Source of the DNA: Burkholderiales bacterium
Lineage (GTDB): Bacteria; Pseudomonadota; Gammaproteobacteria; Burkholderiales; SG8-41
Assembly (NCBI GenBank): GCA_019744975.1
Contig: JAIETP010000018.1
Location: 1,371 to 65,370 of the forward strand
DNA: 64,000 bases
Reading direction: 5' to 3'
Shown here: in pieces, positions 54,749-64,000 of the stretch
Numbering within the stretch: position 1 is the stretch's first letter
Layout: the number at the start of each line of letters is the position of its first letter
Program-made: the position numbers and the translations under genes
The notes under the pieces: generated by a model
Databases searched by the model: none
Told to the model about the DNA's origin: nothing
Seen by the model: only the letters and a program-made list of their open reading frames with translations

Positions 54749-55873
54749 TTATCTCACTTCCAACCGTGCCACCACCCCATCCCGCTCATCCGTCAGCAAA
54801 TATACAAACCCGTCCGGCCCCACCCGCACATCGCGGATGCGCCCGATTACATCCTTGATCAGCCGCTCTTCGCGCAGCACCTTCTCGCCGTCGAGTTCCA
54901 GCCGCACCAGCATTTCATCCCGTAGCGCCCCGACCAGCAGATTGCCTTTCCAGTTGGGAAATTTATCGCCGGTATAGAAGGCCATGCCCGAGGGTGCGAT
55001 CGACGGCACCCAGACCTTCAGCGGCTGCTCCATGCCGGGTTTGCTGTTGCCTTCGCCGATCTTGGTGCCAAAACCGTAATTGACGCCGTAGCTGATCACC
55101 GGCCAGCCGTAGTTGCGCCCGGAACGCATCACGTTCACTTCATCACCGCCCTGCGGGCCGTGTTCGTGGGTCCACAGTTCGCCGGTCTGCGGATGCAGCG
55201 CCGCGCCCTGCATGTTGCGGTTGCCCAGCGTGAATTTTTCCGGCTTGGTACCTTTCTGTTTCGCGAAGGGATTGTCAGTCGGCACCCGGCCGTCGTCGTG
55301 CAGCCGGATCACCGAGCCGGCATGGTCGTCGAGTTTTTGCGCGCGCGGCATGTCGCCGCGGTCGCCGAGCGTGAGATACACATAACCCTTGCGATCAAAC
55401 ACGATGCGTCCGCCGAAGTGCTGGCCGCTGCGGGTTTTGGGTTCCATGCTGAACAGTACTTGCACGTTGGTCAGCCGGTAACCCTCCAGCTTGCCGCGTG
55501 CCAGCGCCGTGCCCCAGCCACCCGGGCCAGGTGCGCTGTAAGCAATATAGATCCAGCCGTTGTCTGCATACTGGGGATGCAGCACCACATCGAACAATCC
55601 GCCCTGCCCGCTGGCAACGATCTCCGGCAAACCTTCCACCGGTTTGGGATCCAGCTTGAAATCGCGGCCGACTATGCGCAGACGACCCGCGCGCTCGGTG
55701 ACCAGCATGCGGCCGTCGGGCAGGAAGGCGATGGACCAGGGATTTTCCAGGCCGCGCGTCAGTGTGACCACGCGGAAGGCGTGTTTTTCGGACTGGATGG
55801 TTTGCGCCGTGGCGGCAATCGTCCACGACAAAGTCAACAACAGAATTGCAACAGAAAGCAGACGATTTGTCAT
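54749..55873 (-). CDS. PQQ-dependent soluble sugar dehydrogenase (YliI/Asd-like beta-propeller)
   Basis: 'GLENPWSIAFLPDGRMLVTERAGRLR', 'GLFDVVLHPQY', 'HFGGRIVF', 'NYGWP'. Confidence 0.9.
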   Translation of the reverse strand: MTNRLLSVAILLLTLSWTIAATAQTIQSEKHAFRVVTLTRGLENPWSIAFLPDGRMLVTERAGRLRIVGRDFKLDPKPVEGLPEIVASGQGGLFDVVLHPQYADNGWIYIAYSAPGPGGWGTALARGKLEGYRLTNVQVLFSMEPKTRSGQHFGGRIVFDRKGYVYLTLGDRGDMPRAQKLDDHAGSVIRLHDDGRVPTDNPFAKQKGTKPEKFTLGNRNMQGAALHPQTGELWTHEHGPQGGDEVNVMRSGRNYGWPVISYGVNYGFGTKIGEGNSKPGMEQPLKVWVPSIAPSGMAFYTGDKFPNWKGNLLVGALRDEMLVRLELDGEKVLREERLIKDVIGRIRDVRVGPDGFVYLLTDERDGVVARLEVR

Positions 55874-55939
55874 GGTTTGTTCCGATAATGCAGCGAGATG
55901 CCGCGTTTATAATAGCGCCCTTTCGTAAGACGGCTTCAG

Positions 55940-58900
55940 ATGCATTCTGTTCAATTACCCGCACCGGGGCAGCGCGCAAGCACTGCACTGCTGCAGGGTT
56001 CGAGTGATGCCCCGGCGCTCGCCGCGCTGGCGGCCCGTGCACGTCCATTGCTGGTGATTACCGAGTCGGCCTGGCAGGCACAACGCCTGTTGCAGGAGAT
56101 TCCCTTCTTCGCGCCGCAGTTGCGCGTGCACCTGCTGCCCGACTGGGAAACCCTGCCCTACGACCAGTTCTCGCCGCATCATGATCTGGTGTCGGAACGG
56201 CTGGCGACGTTATGCCAGATGGTGCGCGGCGACTTCGACATCGCGCTGGTGCCGGTGACCACGGCCCTCTATCGGATGGCGCCGGTGGATTACATCACCG
56301 CCAATACCTTTTATTTCCGCCAGGGCGCAAAACTCGGCGCCGATGCGCTGCGCCATCAACTGGTGCTGGCCGGTTACAACCATGTCACCCAGGTGGTCGC
56401 GCCCGGCGAATACAGTTTCCGCGGCGGACTGATCGACCTCTATCCGATGGGCAGTCCGCTGCCCTATCGCATCGACCTGTTCGATGAGGTCATCGACTCC
56501 ATCCGCAGCTTCGACATCGACAGCCAGCGTTCGATCATCAAGGTGCCGGAAGTGCGCTTGCTGCCGGCGCGTGAATTCCCGCTGGATGCAGACGCACAGA
56601 AATATTTCCGCCAGCGTTTCCGCGAACGTTTTGAAGGGGACCCGTCGCGCAGCAAGGTCTACAAGGATATTTCGAAAGGCATCCCCACCGCGGGCATCGA
56701 ATATTTCCTGCCGCTGTTTTTTGACAACACCGCGCTGGTCACCGATTACCTGCCGAAAAACACAACACTGTGCCTGCGCCCCGGTGTCAGCGAGGCCATC
56801 GATGAATTCTGGGCCGACACGCGCGGCCGGCATGCGATGGTGCGCGGCGACCTCGCCAATCCGGTGCTGCCGCCGCAGGAATTGTTCCTGACCGAAGACG
56901 CGTTTTTCGGTGCGATCAAACCCTTTGCGCGTATCGATCTCTCTACTGCTACTGCAGCGATGGCGGGCTCACCCGCAGAGACGGCTGAAAATATCAATAA
57001 AATCAATAACTTATATGATATCTCCGCCACTGCCTCACTGCCATTGCTGAACGTCGAGCGCCGCGCCGACGATCCGCTGCACCGGCTGCGCGACTTCGTG
57101 AAGAATTTTGACGGCCGTGTGCTGGTGCTCGCCGAAAGCCCGGGCCGCCGCGAAACCATGCTCGAATATTTCGCGGAATACGATCTGAAACCCGCGCAGG
57201 CCGCTGACTATGCGCAGTTCAATGCGAGTGATGCGCCATTTGTATTAAGCGTTGCTCCATTACAAACCGGCTACATCGACACCGCTGCACGTGTCGCAGT
57301 CATCACCGAAAACGAACTCTACGCGGCACAGGTGCGCCAGCGCGCGGCGCGCGATGCCAAACGCACCGCCCCGGAAAACATGCTGCGCGACCTGTCCGAG
57401 GTCAAGATCGGCGATCCGGTGGTGCACGAAACCCACGGCATCGGTCGTTATGTCGGCCTGCAGACGCTGGACCTCGGCGAAGGAACAACTGAATTCCTGA
57501 CGCTGGAATACGCCAACAACGACAAGCTCTACGTCCCGGTCTCCAGCCTGCACCTGATCAGCCGTTACAGCGGCGCATCGGCGGAACAGGCGCCGCTCCA
57601 CCAGCTCGGCAGCGGGCAATGGGACAAGGCAAAGAAAAAAGCCGCGGCCCAGGTGCGCGATACTGCCGCCGAACTGCTCGCACTGTATGCGCAGCGCGCA
57701 GCGCGCGAGGGTTATGCCTTCAGCCTGAAACAGCACGACTACGAAGCCTTTGCCGAAGGTTTTCCGTTTGAAGAAACCCCGGACCAGGCCGCGGCAATCA
57801 CCGCCACGCTCGACGACCTCAAAAGCAGCAAACCGATGGACCGCCTGGTCTGCGGTGATGTCGGTTTCGGCAAAACCGAAGTGGCATTGCGCGCCGCTTT
57901 TGTCGCGGTCGCCGACGGCAAGCAGGTCGCCGTGCTGGTGCCGACGACGCTGCTCGCCGAGCAGCATTTCAACACCTTCTCCGACCGTTTTGCCCAGGTG
58001 CAGGATGCGTGGCCGGTCAAAATCGCCGAGTTTTCGCGTTTCCGTTCCACCAGCGAAACCAATGAAGCGTTGGCCGGCATTGCCGAGGGCCGCGTCGATA
58101 TCGCCATCGGTACGCACAAGCTGATCAGCCGTGACATCAAGTTCAAAAACCTCGGCCTTGTCATCATCGACGAGGAACACCGCTTTGGCGTGCACCAGAA
58201 GGAGCGGCTGAAGGCGCTGCGCGCCGAAGTTGATGTGCTGACACTGACCGCAACGCCGATTCCGCGCACACTGGCGATGTCGCTGGAAGGCCTGCGCGAC
58301 TTTTCGGTGATCGCCACTGCGCCGCAGCGCCGCCTCGCGATCAAGACTTTTGTTGCGCGTTTTGCCAAGTCGCTGATCCGCGAAGCGGTGCTGCGCGAAC
58401 TGAAACGCGGCGGCCAGGTGTATTTCCTGCACAACGACATCGACACCATCCGCAACATCGAGGAAGAACTGACGCGGCTGCTGCCGGAGGCGCGGGTGCG
58501 CATTGCCCACGGCCAGATGCGCGAACGTGATCTTGAACTTGCGATGCGGGATTTTTATCAGGGCCGTTTCAATGTATTGCTGTGCACCACCATCATTGAA
58601 ACCGGCATCGACATCCCCACCGCCAACACCATCATTATCAATCGCGCTGATCGTTTCGGCCTGGCGCAGCTGCACCAGTTGCGTGGCCGGGTCGGCCGTT
58701 CGCATCACCAGGCTTATGCCTATCTGCTGCTGCCCGACGAAGGCAACATCACCACGGGTGCAAAAAAACGCCTGGAAGCGATCCAGGCGATGGAGGAACT
58801 CGGTTCCGGATTCTTCCTCGCCATGCACGACCTTGAAATCCGCGGCGCCGGCGAAGTGCTGGGCGATTCACAATCGGGCGAGATGCAGGAAATCGGCTTC

Positions 58901-59413
58901 AACCTGTATTGCGCGATGCTCGACACTGCAGTCAAGGCATTGAAGGCCGGCAAGGAGCCGGACTTGAATGCCCCGCTCGGCGTCACCACCGAGATCAATC
59001 TGCACGCCCCCGCCCTGCTGCCCGACGCCTACTGCAGCGATGTACATGAACGGCTGGTGCTCTACAAACGGCTGGCCAACTGCGGCACTGATGACCAGCT
59101 GCAACTGCTGCAGGAAGAGCTGATCGACCGTTTCGGCGACCTGCCCGATCCGACACGCATCCTGATCGACAGCCACCGCCTGCGCATCCACGGCAAACCG
59201 CTGGGGATTGCGCGTATCGACGCCAGCGACAATGCGATTCAGTTGCAGTTCGTGCCCAACCCGCCGATAGACCCGATGAAAATCATCAAGCTGATCCAGA
59301 CCCGGCGCAATTACAAACTCGCCGGCCCGGACCGCTTGCGCATCGACATCAAAATCCCGGAACTTAAAGCGCGTGTCGCCGAGATCCGCAAGGTGTTTGC
59401 CGAACTGGCCTGA
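55940..59413 (+). CDS. mfd: Transcription-repair coupling factor
   Basis: 1157 aa. 'DRLVCGDVGFGKTEVA' Walker A, 'IIDEEHRFG' DEEH box, 'TATPIPRT', 'LHQLRGRVGRS'. Confidence 0.97.
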   Translation: MHSVQLPAPGQRASTALLQGSSDAPALAALAARARPLLVITESAWQAQRLLQEIPFFAPQLRVHLLPDWETLPYDQFSPHHDLVSERLATLCQMVRGDFDIALVPVTTALYRMAPVDYITANTFYFRQGAKLGADALRHQLVLAGYNHVTQVVAPGEYSFRGGLIDLYPMGSPLPYRIDLFDEVIDSIRSFDIDSQRSIIKVPEVRLLPAREFPLDADAQKYFRQRFRERFEGDPSRSKVYKDISKGIPTAGIEYFLPLFFDNTALVTDYLPKNTTLCLRPGVSEAIDEFWADTRGRHAMVRGDLANPVLPPQELFLTEDAFFGAIKPFARIDLSTATAAMAGSPAETAENINKINNLYDISATASLPLLNVERRADDPLHRLRDFVKNFDGRVLVLAESPGRRETMLEYFAEYDLKPAQAADYAQFNASDAPFVLSVAPLQTGYIDTAARVAVITENELYAAQVRQRAARDAKRTAPENMLRDLSEVKIGDPVVHETHGIGRYVGLQTLDLGEGTTEFLTLEYANNDKLYVPVSSLHLISRYSGASAEQAPLHQLGSGQWDKAKKKAAAQVRDTAAELLALYAQRAAREGYAFSLKQHDYEAFAEGFPFEETPDQAAAITATLDDLKSSKPMDRLVCGDVGFGKTEVALRAAFVAVADGKQVAVLVPTTLLAEQHFNTFSDRFAQVQDAWPVKIAEFSRFRSTSETNEALAGIAEGRVDIAIGTHKLISRDIKFKNLGLVIIDEEHRFGVHQKERLKALRAEVDVLTLTATPIPRTLAMSLEGLRDFSVIATAPQRRLAIKTFVARFAKSLIREAVLRELKRGGQVYFLHNDIDTIRNIEEELTRLLPEARVRIAHGQMRERDLELAMRDFYQGRFNVLLCTTIIETGIDIPTANTIIINRADRFGLAQLHQLRGRVGRSHHQAYAYLLLPDEGNITTGAKKRLEAIQAMEELGSGFFLAMHDLEIRGAGEVLGDSQSGEMQEIGFNLYCAMLDTAVKALKAGKEPDLNAPLGVTTEINLHAPALLPDAYCSDVHERLVLYKRLANCGTDDQLQLLQEELIDRFGDLPDPTRILIDSHRLRIHGKPLGIARIDASDNAIQLQFVPNPPIDPMKIIKLIQTRRNYKLAGPDRLRIDIKIPELKARVAEIRKVFAELA
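56987..57022 (+). repeat. AT-rich dispersed motif, copy e, in-frame inside mfd (core 56995-57014)
   Basis: 'gaaaatatcaataaaatcaataacttatatgatatc' encodes ENINKINNLYDI within an Ala/Ser/Thr-rich linker. Confidence 0.8.
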
Positions 59414-59429
59414 GTTGGGCTGACAGCGC

Positions 59430-60275
59430 CTAAGCCGCGATGCTGCCGCGCTGCGGCGGCAATAATTCGCCGGTGACGGCATTGATGCCAAAACCGGGCT
59501 CGGCAATCAGCACCTTGGCTGCCGGCAGTGCCTTGCTCACCGCCGCGGCAAATTCGGGCCACGGATGCGAAGTCACACCCATCATTTCATGGAATTTGTC
59601 GTGCGGCGGATAGAGGATCACCATTTTCGGGTTGAGCGCCGCCGCGCCACGCGCCACATCAGCCATGAAGTCGAGCTGCATGCCGGCGAGCAGCACATCG
59701 GTGCGGAAACGTTTGCCCAGCGCCGTGATCTCGGCGTCGGTCATCTTGGTGTTGAAACCCTCGTTGTAGTTCAGGATGGTCAGCCCGCCCGGCAGCTCGA
59801 CGTGGTAACCGGTGTACGGCGAATAAAACGGCGCATTGGTCGCGCTGCTCCAGGCCCAGGCGAGCTGGGTCGCATTGCCGTGGAACACCGCTTTCGACAG
59901 CGCCTTCACCAGGTTGATGTCGCGGTGTTTCCAGTGGAACGAACTGACCTTGAATCCCGGCAACTGCTGCACACCCTTGATGTCCACCGTCACCAGTTTT
60001 TCGCGCGAAATGCGGCTGCGCCAGCTGAGGAAATCGGTGACCGAACGCGGGCCGATCACCGTCGCTCCCGTGCGTTTGGCGATCACCGGCACATCGAGAA
60101 AATGCTCCTCGTGACCGTGGGTCACACAGATGTATTTGGCATGCCGGAAATCCTCCAGTCCGAACCACTGCGCGCCGCAGTAGTGACGGAAGAAGGGATC
60201 GAAAAACAGCGCGCCGTCCGGCGTCTCGATCGACAGGCTTGACCAGCCGAAGTAGCGGATGATCGGATCGTTCAT
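59430..60275 (-). CDS. MBL-fold metallo-hydrolase
   Basis: 'YICVTHGHEEHFLD' (HxHxDH variant HGHEEH). Start moved to MNDPIIRYF with RBS 'gagga'. Confidence 0.75.
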   Translation of the reverse strand: MNDPIIRYFGWSSLSIETPDGALFFDPFFRHYCGAQWFGLEDFRHAKYICVTHGHEEHFLDVPVIAKRTGATVIGPRSVTDFLSWRSRISREKLVTVDIKGVQQLPGFKVSSFHWKHRDINLVKALSKAVFHGNATQLAWAWSSATNAPFYSPYTGYHVELPGGLTILNYNEGFNTKMTDAEITALGKRFRTDVLLAGMQLDFMADVARGAAALNPKMVILYPPHDKFHEMMGVTSHPWPEFAAAVSKALPAAKVLIAEPGFGINAVTGELLPPQRGSIAA

Positions 60276-60303
60276 GATGTTGTCCTCGATAAAAGACCGG
60301 TGC

Positions 60304-60771
60304 TCAGGCCTTGATTTCGAAAGTGGCGTCGACTTCGACCGCGGCATTCGCCGGCAACGTCGCCACACCCACTGCAAAGCGCGCATGGCGCCCGGCATCG
60401 CCGAAGATTTCAACCATCAAATCAGAAGCACCATTCACACATTTCGGCGCATCGTAAAAATCCGGCGCGACGCAGACAAAGCCGCCGAGGCGCAGCACGC
60501 GGTTGACCTTGTTCAGGCTGCCGCCGCAGGCCGCCTTCAATTGCGCGATGATATTCAGCGCGCACAGCCTTCCGGCACGGTAGCCGTCATCCACCGTCAG
60601 CTTGTCGCCGACGCGGCCCTGTACGCCGACCTTGCCGCCATCGAGCGGCAGTTGCCCCGATACGAAGACCAGATTGCCGGACACCGTGTAACCGACGTAG
60701 TTGCCCACCGGCGCCGCCGCCTGCGGCAGCGTGATGCCCAGCTCCTGAACCCGCTTGTCATAATCAGCCAT
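60304..60771 (-). CDS. RidA/YjgF/UK114-family protein (second paralog)
   Basis: 'GNLVFVSGQLP', 'RFAVGVATLPANAAVEVDATFEI'. Start MADYDKR with RBS. Confidence 0.8.
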   Translation of the reverse strand: MADYDKRVQELGITLPQAAAPVGNYVGYTVSGNLVFVSGQLPLDGGKVGVQGRVGDKLTVDDGYRAGRLCALNIIAQLKAACGGSLNKVNRVLRLGGFVCVAPDFYDAPKCVNGASDLMVEIFGDAGRHARFAVGVATLPANAAVEVDATFEIKA

Positions 60772-60872
60772 GCTTGCGTCCTCTTCCTTGGTTGTTGCGT
60801 CAATCCATATTTTAATAATATTGCTGGCGGCCGCCACTCACGCGACAGCCGCCTTCAATCCCAAGACCAGGC

Positions 60873-62018
60873 TCAGGCACCGCGCCCGAAATAATGGACG
60901 TAGGCCGCGGCCTGGCCGACCTGCACTTCGTTATGCCAGAACATCACCCGCTTCGCCCAGCTCATCTGCGAAGCAACCACCTTGGCGAACAGCGGATTCT
61001 CCGCCGAACGGCGCTTGATCACCGCGTTCCAGGCCTTGAGCTGCGCATCAAGGATCGGTCGCGGCGTCTTGTAGATGCGCAGCTTCGCGTTCTTTTTCAG
61101 TTCCAGGTAATCCTGCGACATGCGGTTCATCGATTTCCAGGTCATGTCGGCGCTGGCCGCCTGCGAAGCAAGCTTCAGCACGGTCTTCAGGTCGTCGGGC
61201 AGCGCTTCATAACGCTTGCGGTTGACCATCACCTCGCAGAAGTTGTTGGCCATGTGGTAGCTCTGCTGCAGGTAAAACCTGGCCACGTCCGGAAAACCCA
61301 TGATGCGGTCGTCCGAGGCGCTGGCGAACTCGGCGCCGTCAAGCAGGCCGCGGTCGAGTGCCGGCACGATGTCGGGCGGCGCCATCTGCACCGCCGACAC
61401 CCCCAGTTCCTTGAACATGTCCACCGCGAGGCCCGCGGTGCGGAACTTGAGACCCTTCAGATCGGCCGTGGCCTTGATCTCCTTCTTGAACCAGCCCATG
61501 GGCTCGCAGGGCACCGGCGCAAACAGAAAGCTCACCACATCGAGCTGCGCCGCAGCCTGCACTTCGGCATACAGCTCCCTGCCGCCGCCGTATTCGATCC
61601 AGCCGAGCAGCTGGTTGCCGTCCATGCCAAAATCGGGACCGGCGCCAAACAGGCCGAAGGCGGTGTTTTTGCCAAACCAGAAACCGGGCAGACCGTGCCC
61701 GCCGTCGATGACGCCCTTGCTGGTGGCGTCAACGATCTGCAGCGCCGGCACCACCGCACCGGCAGGCAGCATGTCGATCTTGAGGCGGCCACCGGAGAGT
61801 TCGAACACTTTTTTGGTCCAGTCGACGGCAAATTCCTGGTACAGGAACTTCGCCGGCCAGGTGCTCTGGAAACGCCAGTTGATGGCGGTCTGGGCACGGG
61901 CAATCGCCGGAAAACCGAGCGCTGCGGTGCCGGTGGCGGCTGCGGCGCCGAGGAAACGGCGTCGCGCCGGACGTGTTGCGCCCGGCTTGTTGTCTTGTTT
62001 CGAGTCGTGCTGTGTCAT
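60873..62018 (-). CDS. TRAP-transporter DctP-type solute-binding protein with Tat signal; no DctQ/DctM in the window
   Basis: 'RRRFLGAAAATGTAALGFPAIARA'. 'WRFQSTWPAKF', 'GWFKKEIK' typical of the COG4663-type subfamily. Confidence 0.8.
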   Translation of the reverse strand: MTQHDSKQDNKPGATRPARRRFLGAAAATGTAALGFPAIARAQTAINWRFQSTWPAKFLYQEFAVDWTKKVFELSGGRLKIDMLPAGAVVPALQIVDATSKGVIDGGHGLPGFWFGKNTAFGLFGAGPDFGMDGNQLLGWIEYGGGRELYAEVQAAAQLDVVSFLFAPVPCEPMGWFKKEIKATADLKGLKFRTAGLAVDMFKELGVSAVQMAPPDIVPALDRGLLDGAEFASASDDRIMGFPDVARFYLQQSYHMANNFCEVMVNRKRYEALPDDLKTVLKLASQAASADMTWKSMNRMSQDYLELKKNAKLRIYKTPRPILDAQLKAWNAVIKRRSAENPLFAKVVASQMSWAKRVMFWHNEVQVGQAAAYVHYFGRGA

Positions 62019-62299
62019 GGGTCTGCTCTCCGTTTAAATGGGCCGCAATTCCTCCAGTACCACTCGGGTTGTATTGTTTTGCCGGAAACAACCTGTCCCG
62101 TATGCTGCCGCAAAGTATCCTTACAGGAAACCATTGAGTCAACAGAATCCTGTATTATTGTTTTGCACCTGCCGTTTATCACTCTTGAATTGCCTTGCGG
62201 TGGTGCAGTGCATTATTTTTAACGCACCAAAAAAGTTTCTTTTGAGGAAACAACGCCCTAAAAGGGGGCGACTACAGCGCTAGCCACGGGAGCCGGCCC

Positions 62300-62926
62300 A
62301 TGCACTTCGGAATTTTCATTTACGACGGCGTTGAGCCGATCGACCTTGCCACCTTCGGCGTGTTGTCGATGGCACGCCGTGTCGCGCCGCAGTTGCGCAT
62401 CTCGACCGTCGCACCGGCACCGGGGCCAGTGCGTCTGGCCAATGATCTTGAAGTCCATGCCAATTTCGGTGTCGCCAATGCGCCGGCCTTCGATGCGCTG
62501 ATTGTCACCGGCGGCCCGGGCTGGGAAGCCCAGTGCAAACAAGCGCCGACGCTGGAATACCTGCGCCGTGCCGCGCGACCGGACACCATCGTCGCATCGG
62601 TCTGCACCGGCGGCATGATTCTCGCCGCCAGCGGCGTGCTGAACGGACTCGGCGCCACCACCAAAAAAGAAGTGATCGAAGGCCGTGAAGTGCCGCCGCT
62701 GCAGCGCCTGCGCGATGAATACCCGAAGGTTGATGCAAAAACCGCGCTGCTGGTGGACAGCGGCCACATCATCACCGGCGGCGGCGTTACACTGTGCATC
62801 GACCTGACGCTGCACCTGCTCGAACGCCTGCTGGGGGCGGAAGTCGCTGCAGAAACGGCACGCATCATGGAATACACGGCGGCCCGTGCCGCCAACCGCC
62901 TTCAACTGCAAACCATCGTCTGCTGA
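62300..62926 (+). CDS. DJ-1/PfpI-family protein
   Basis: 'ALIVTGGPG', nucleophile elbow 'ASVCTGGMILAASG'. Confidence 0.8.
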   Translation: MHFGIFIYDGVEPIDLATFGVLSMARRVAPQLRISTVAPAPGPVRLANDLEVHANFGVANAPAFDALIVTGGPGWEAQCKQAPTLEYLRRAARPDTIVASVCTGGMILAASGVLNGLGATTKKEVIEGREVPPLQRLRDEYPKVDAKTALLVDSGHIITGGGVTLCIDLTLHLLERLLGAEVAAETARIMEYTAARAANRLQLQTIVC

Positions 62927-62931
62927 ACCAC

Positions 62932-63540
62932 ATGACTGCCAATCCTGCAGCCACCGCCTCCGCCACCGACATCGAACGTCATATCGGCAGCCGCGTCGCC
63001 GCGCTGCGCGGCGGGCGCAGCCTGACCCAGGAGCAGCTCGCCGAAGCCATCGGCGTGACCAAGGGTTATGTCTCCAAAATCGAGAACGGGCATATCGTGC
63101 CGCCGATCGGCACGTTGGTGAAAATCGCCCATGCGCTGCAGGTCGAGGTTACCGAATTCCTCAAGGCCAGCGGTGACGGTTACGAAGATGCGGCCAGCAT
63201 CGTGCGTGTCGATGAACGCCAGCCGGCGGTGCGCGGCGCCAGCGCCTTCGGTTACGACTACATCAGCCTTGCCCATAAAAAACGACACAAACACATGGAG
63301 CCCTTCCTGTTTTCGTTCCCGACCGACATCAGCACCGACGTGCGTTTCGAGCATGAGGGCGAGGAATTCCTGTTCATCCTCAGCGGACGTGTCGAATGGG
63401 AAATGATCATGGACGGTGAGTCAAAAAAATGGGTGCTCGAAACCGGCGACAGCCTGTATTTTGAATCGCGCATACCCCATCGCGGCCGCGGGCTGGGCGC
63501 GAATGCCAAGGCGCTGATCGTGATCTACACGCCGGCGTAA
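62932..63540 (+). CDS. XRE-family HTH regulator with C-terminal cupin domain
   Basis: 'LTQEQLAEAIGVTKGYVSKIENG' HTH. Cupin 'HEGEEFLFILSGRVEW..GDSLYFESRIPH'. Confidence 0.85.
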   Translation: MTANPAATASATDIERHIGSRVAALRGGRSLTQEQLAEAIGVTKGYVSKIENGHIVPPIGTLVKIAHALQVEVTEFLKASGDGYEDAASIVRVDERQPAVRGASAFGYDYISLAHKKRHKHMEPFLFSFPTDISTDVRFEHEGEEFLFILSGRVEWEMIMDGESKKWVLETGDSLYFESRIPHRGRGLGANAKALIVIYTPA

Positions 63541-63595
63541 AACACGGCTGCCCCCGCCACGTTTGCGCTAGACTGAAAAAAATCGGGGAACCTCC

Positions 63596-64000
63596 ATGAA
63601 ACCGTTGCTTCCGTATTTCATCCGCTCAGCACTGTTCGTTCTGGCGCTGGCGCTGCCGTTTGCAGCCTCCGCCCAGCCCTCGCCGCCCGTCATCGGCATC
63701 GTCATCATGCACGGCAAGGGCGGTTCACCCGATGGACTGGTCAGAACCCTCGCCGCCGGTCTGGAACAAAAGGGATATCAGGTTGCCAACCTGGAAATGC
63801 CCTGGTCACGCAAACGCGCTTATGACAAGGATGTGGCTGCGGCAGAACAGGAAGTCGGCACCGCGTTGAATGAACTGCGCGGCAAAGGTGCCAAAAAACT
63901 GTTTGTCGCCGGACACAGCCAAGGTGCCGTGTTCGCGCTGCATTACGCCAGCAAACATCCGCTCGACGGTCTGATCATCATCGCGCCCGGCGGCAATGTG
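63596..64000 (+). CDS. Secreted alpha/beta hydrolase, N-terminal fragment (runs off the right edge)
   Basis: Own translation: 'MKPLLPYFIRSALFVLALALPFAASA..IVIMHGKGGSP..FVAGHSQGAVFAL'. Not in the ORF track because there is no stop codon in the window. Confidence 0.65.
   Translation, partial: MKPLLPYFIRSALFVLALALPFAASAQPSPPVIGIVIMHGKGGSPDGLVRTLAAGLEQKGYQVANLEMPWSRKRAYDKDVAAAEQEVGTALNELRGKGAKKLFVAGHSQGAVFALHYASKHPLDGLIIIAPGGNV

Noticed and set aside
18564-57022. AT-rich motif copies as sigma-70 promoters, or as terminal repeats bracketing a mobile region.
   Set aside because: The -35 and -10 hexamers are not conserved among copies, and two copies lie in coding sequence or between convergent gene ends. 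Intervals between oppositely oriented copies contain housekeeping genes (tsaB, rimI, ispDF, mfd) and no transposase or integrase.

Overview
High-GC proteobacterial chromosomal segment. Hand-counted sample lines are about 60% GC. Gene content and repeat families look betaproteobacterial, but that is inference because no search was run. The window is densely coding, with about 60 CDS. I saw no rRNA, tRNA, CRISPR array, transposase or integrase. Contents from left to right:
- PrpF-family fragment and an HpnE-like FAD oxidase
- a 1.5-kb low-GC islet with two Cys-rich orphan genes
- ETF-ubiquinone oxidoreductase and a stand-alone EAL protein
- a large fatty-acid beta-oxidation block on the minus strand: thiolase, HAD/ECH fusion, FadL, YciA-like thioesterase, acyl-CoA ligase, SDR, ECH, FadE
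- an AprBA-like flavoprotein/ferredoxin pair with an AraC regulator and TctABC
- TPM-TPM-LemA and tsaB-rimI-udg
- RidA and an orphan DGQHR (DndB-like) gene
- DUF1800/DUF1501 plus an EF-hand protein, divergent from an OmpR/EnvZ-type pair
- ispDF, a variant AMMECR1, a large transporter, a Mesh1-like HD hydrolase, an enolase-superfamily enzyme, a Bug receptor, a secreted ankyrin protein, a CDF exporter and an EamA transporter
- a TauD / bicupin-rubredoxin / hydrolase operon
- a second lower-GC patch with a secreted lipase-like protein
- PQQ sugar dehydrogenase, mfd, MBL-RidA-DctP, DJ-1 and an XRE-cupin regulator

Most unusual signals:
1. A 20-nt AT-rich core that matches the IHF consensus is dispersed five to six times. 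One copy sits in-frame inside mfd and one at a start codon.
2. Two copies of a composite element combine octamer arrays, a long inverted repeat and a GC hairpin. One fills the fadB-like/fadA gap. The other carries nine perfect 8-bp repeats upstream of an enolase-family gene.
3. Four unrelated tandem arrays have 34-39 bp periods. One is in-frame with the udg start.
4. The low-GC Cys-rich gene pair.
5. The orphan DGQHR gene.
6. The AprBA-like and cupin-rubredoxin clusters.

All family assignments are from reading the translations. No database search was run.
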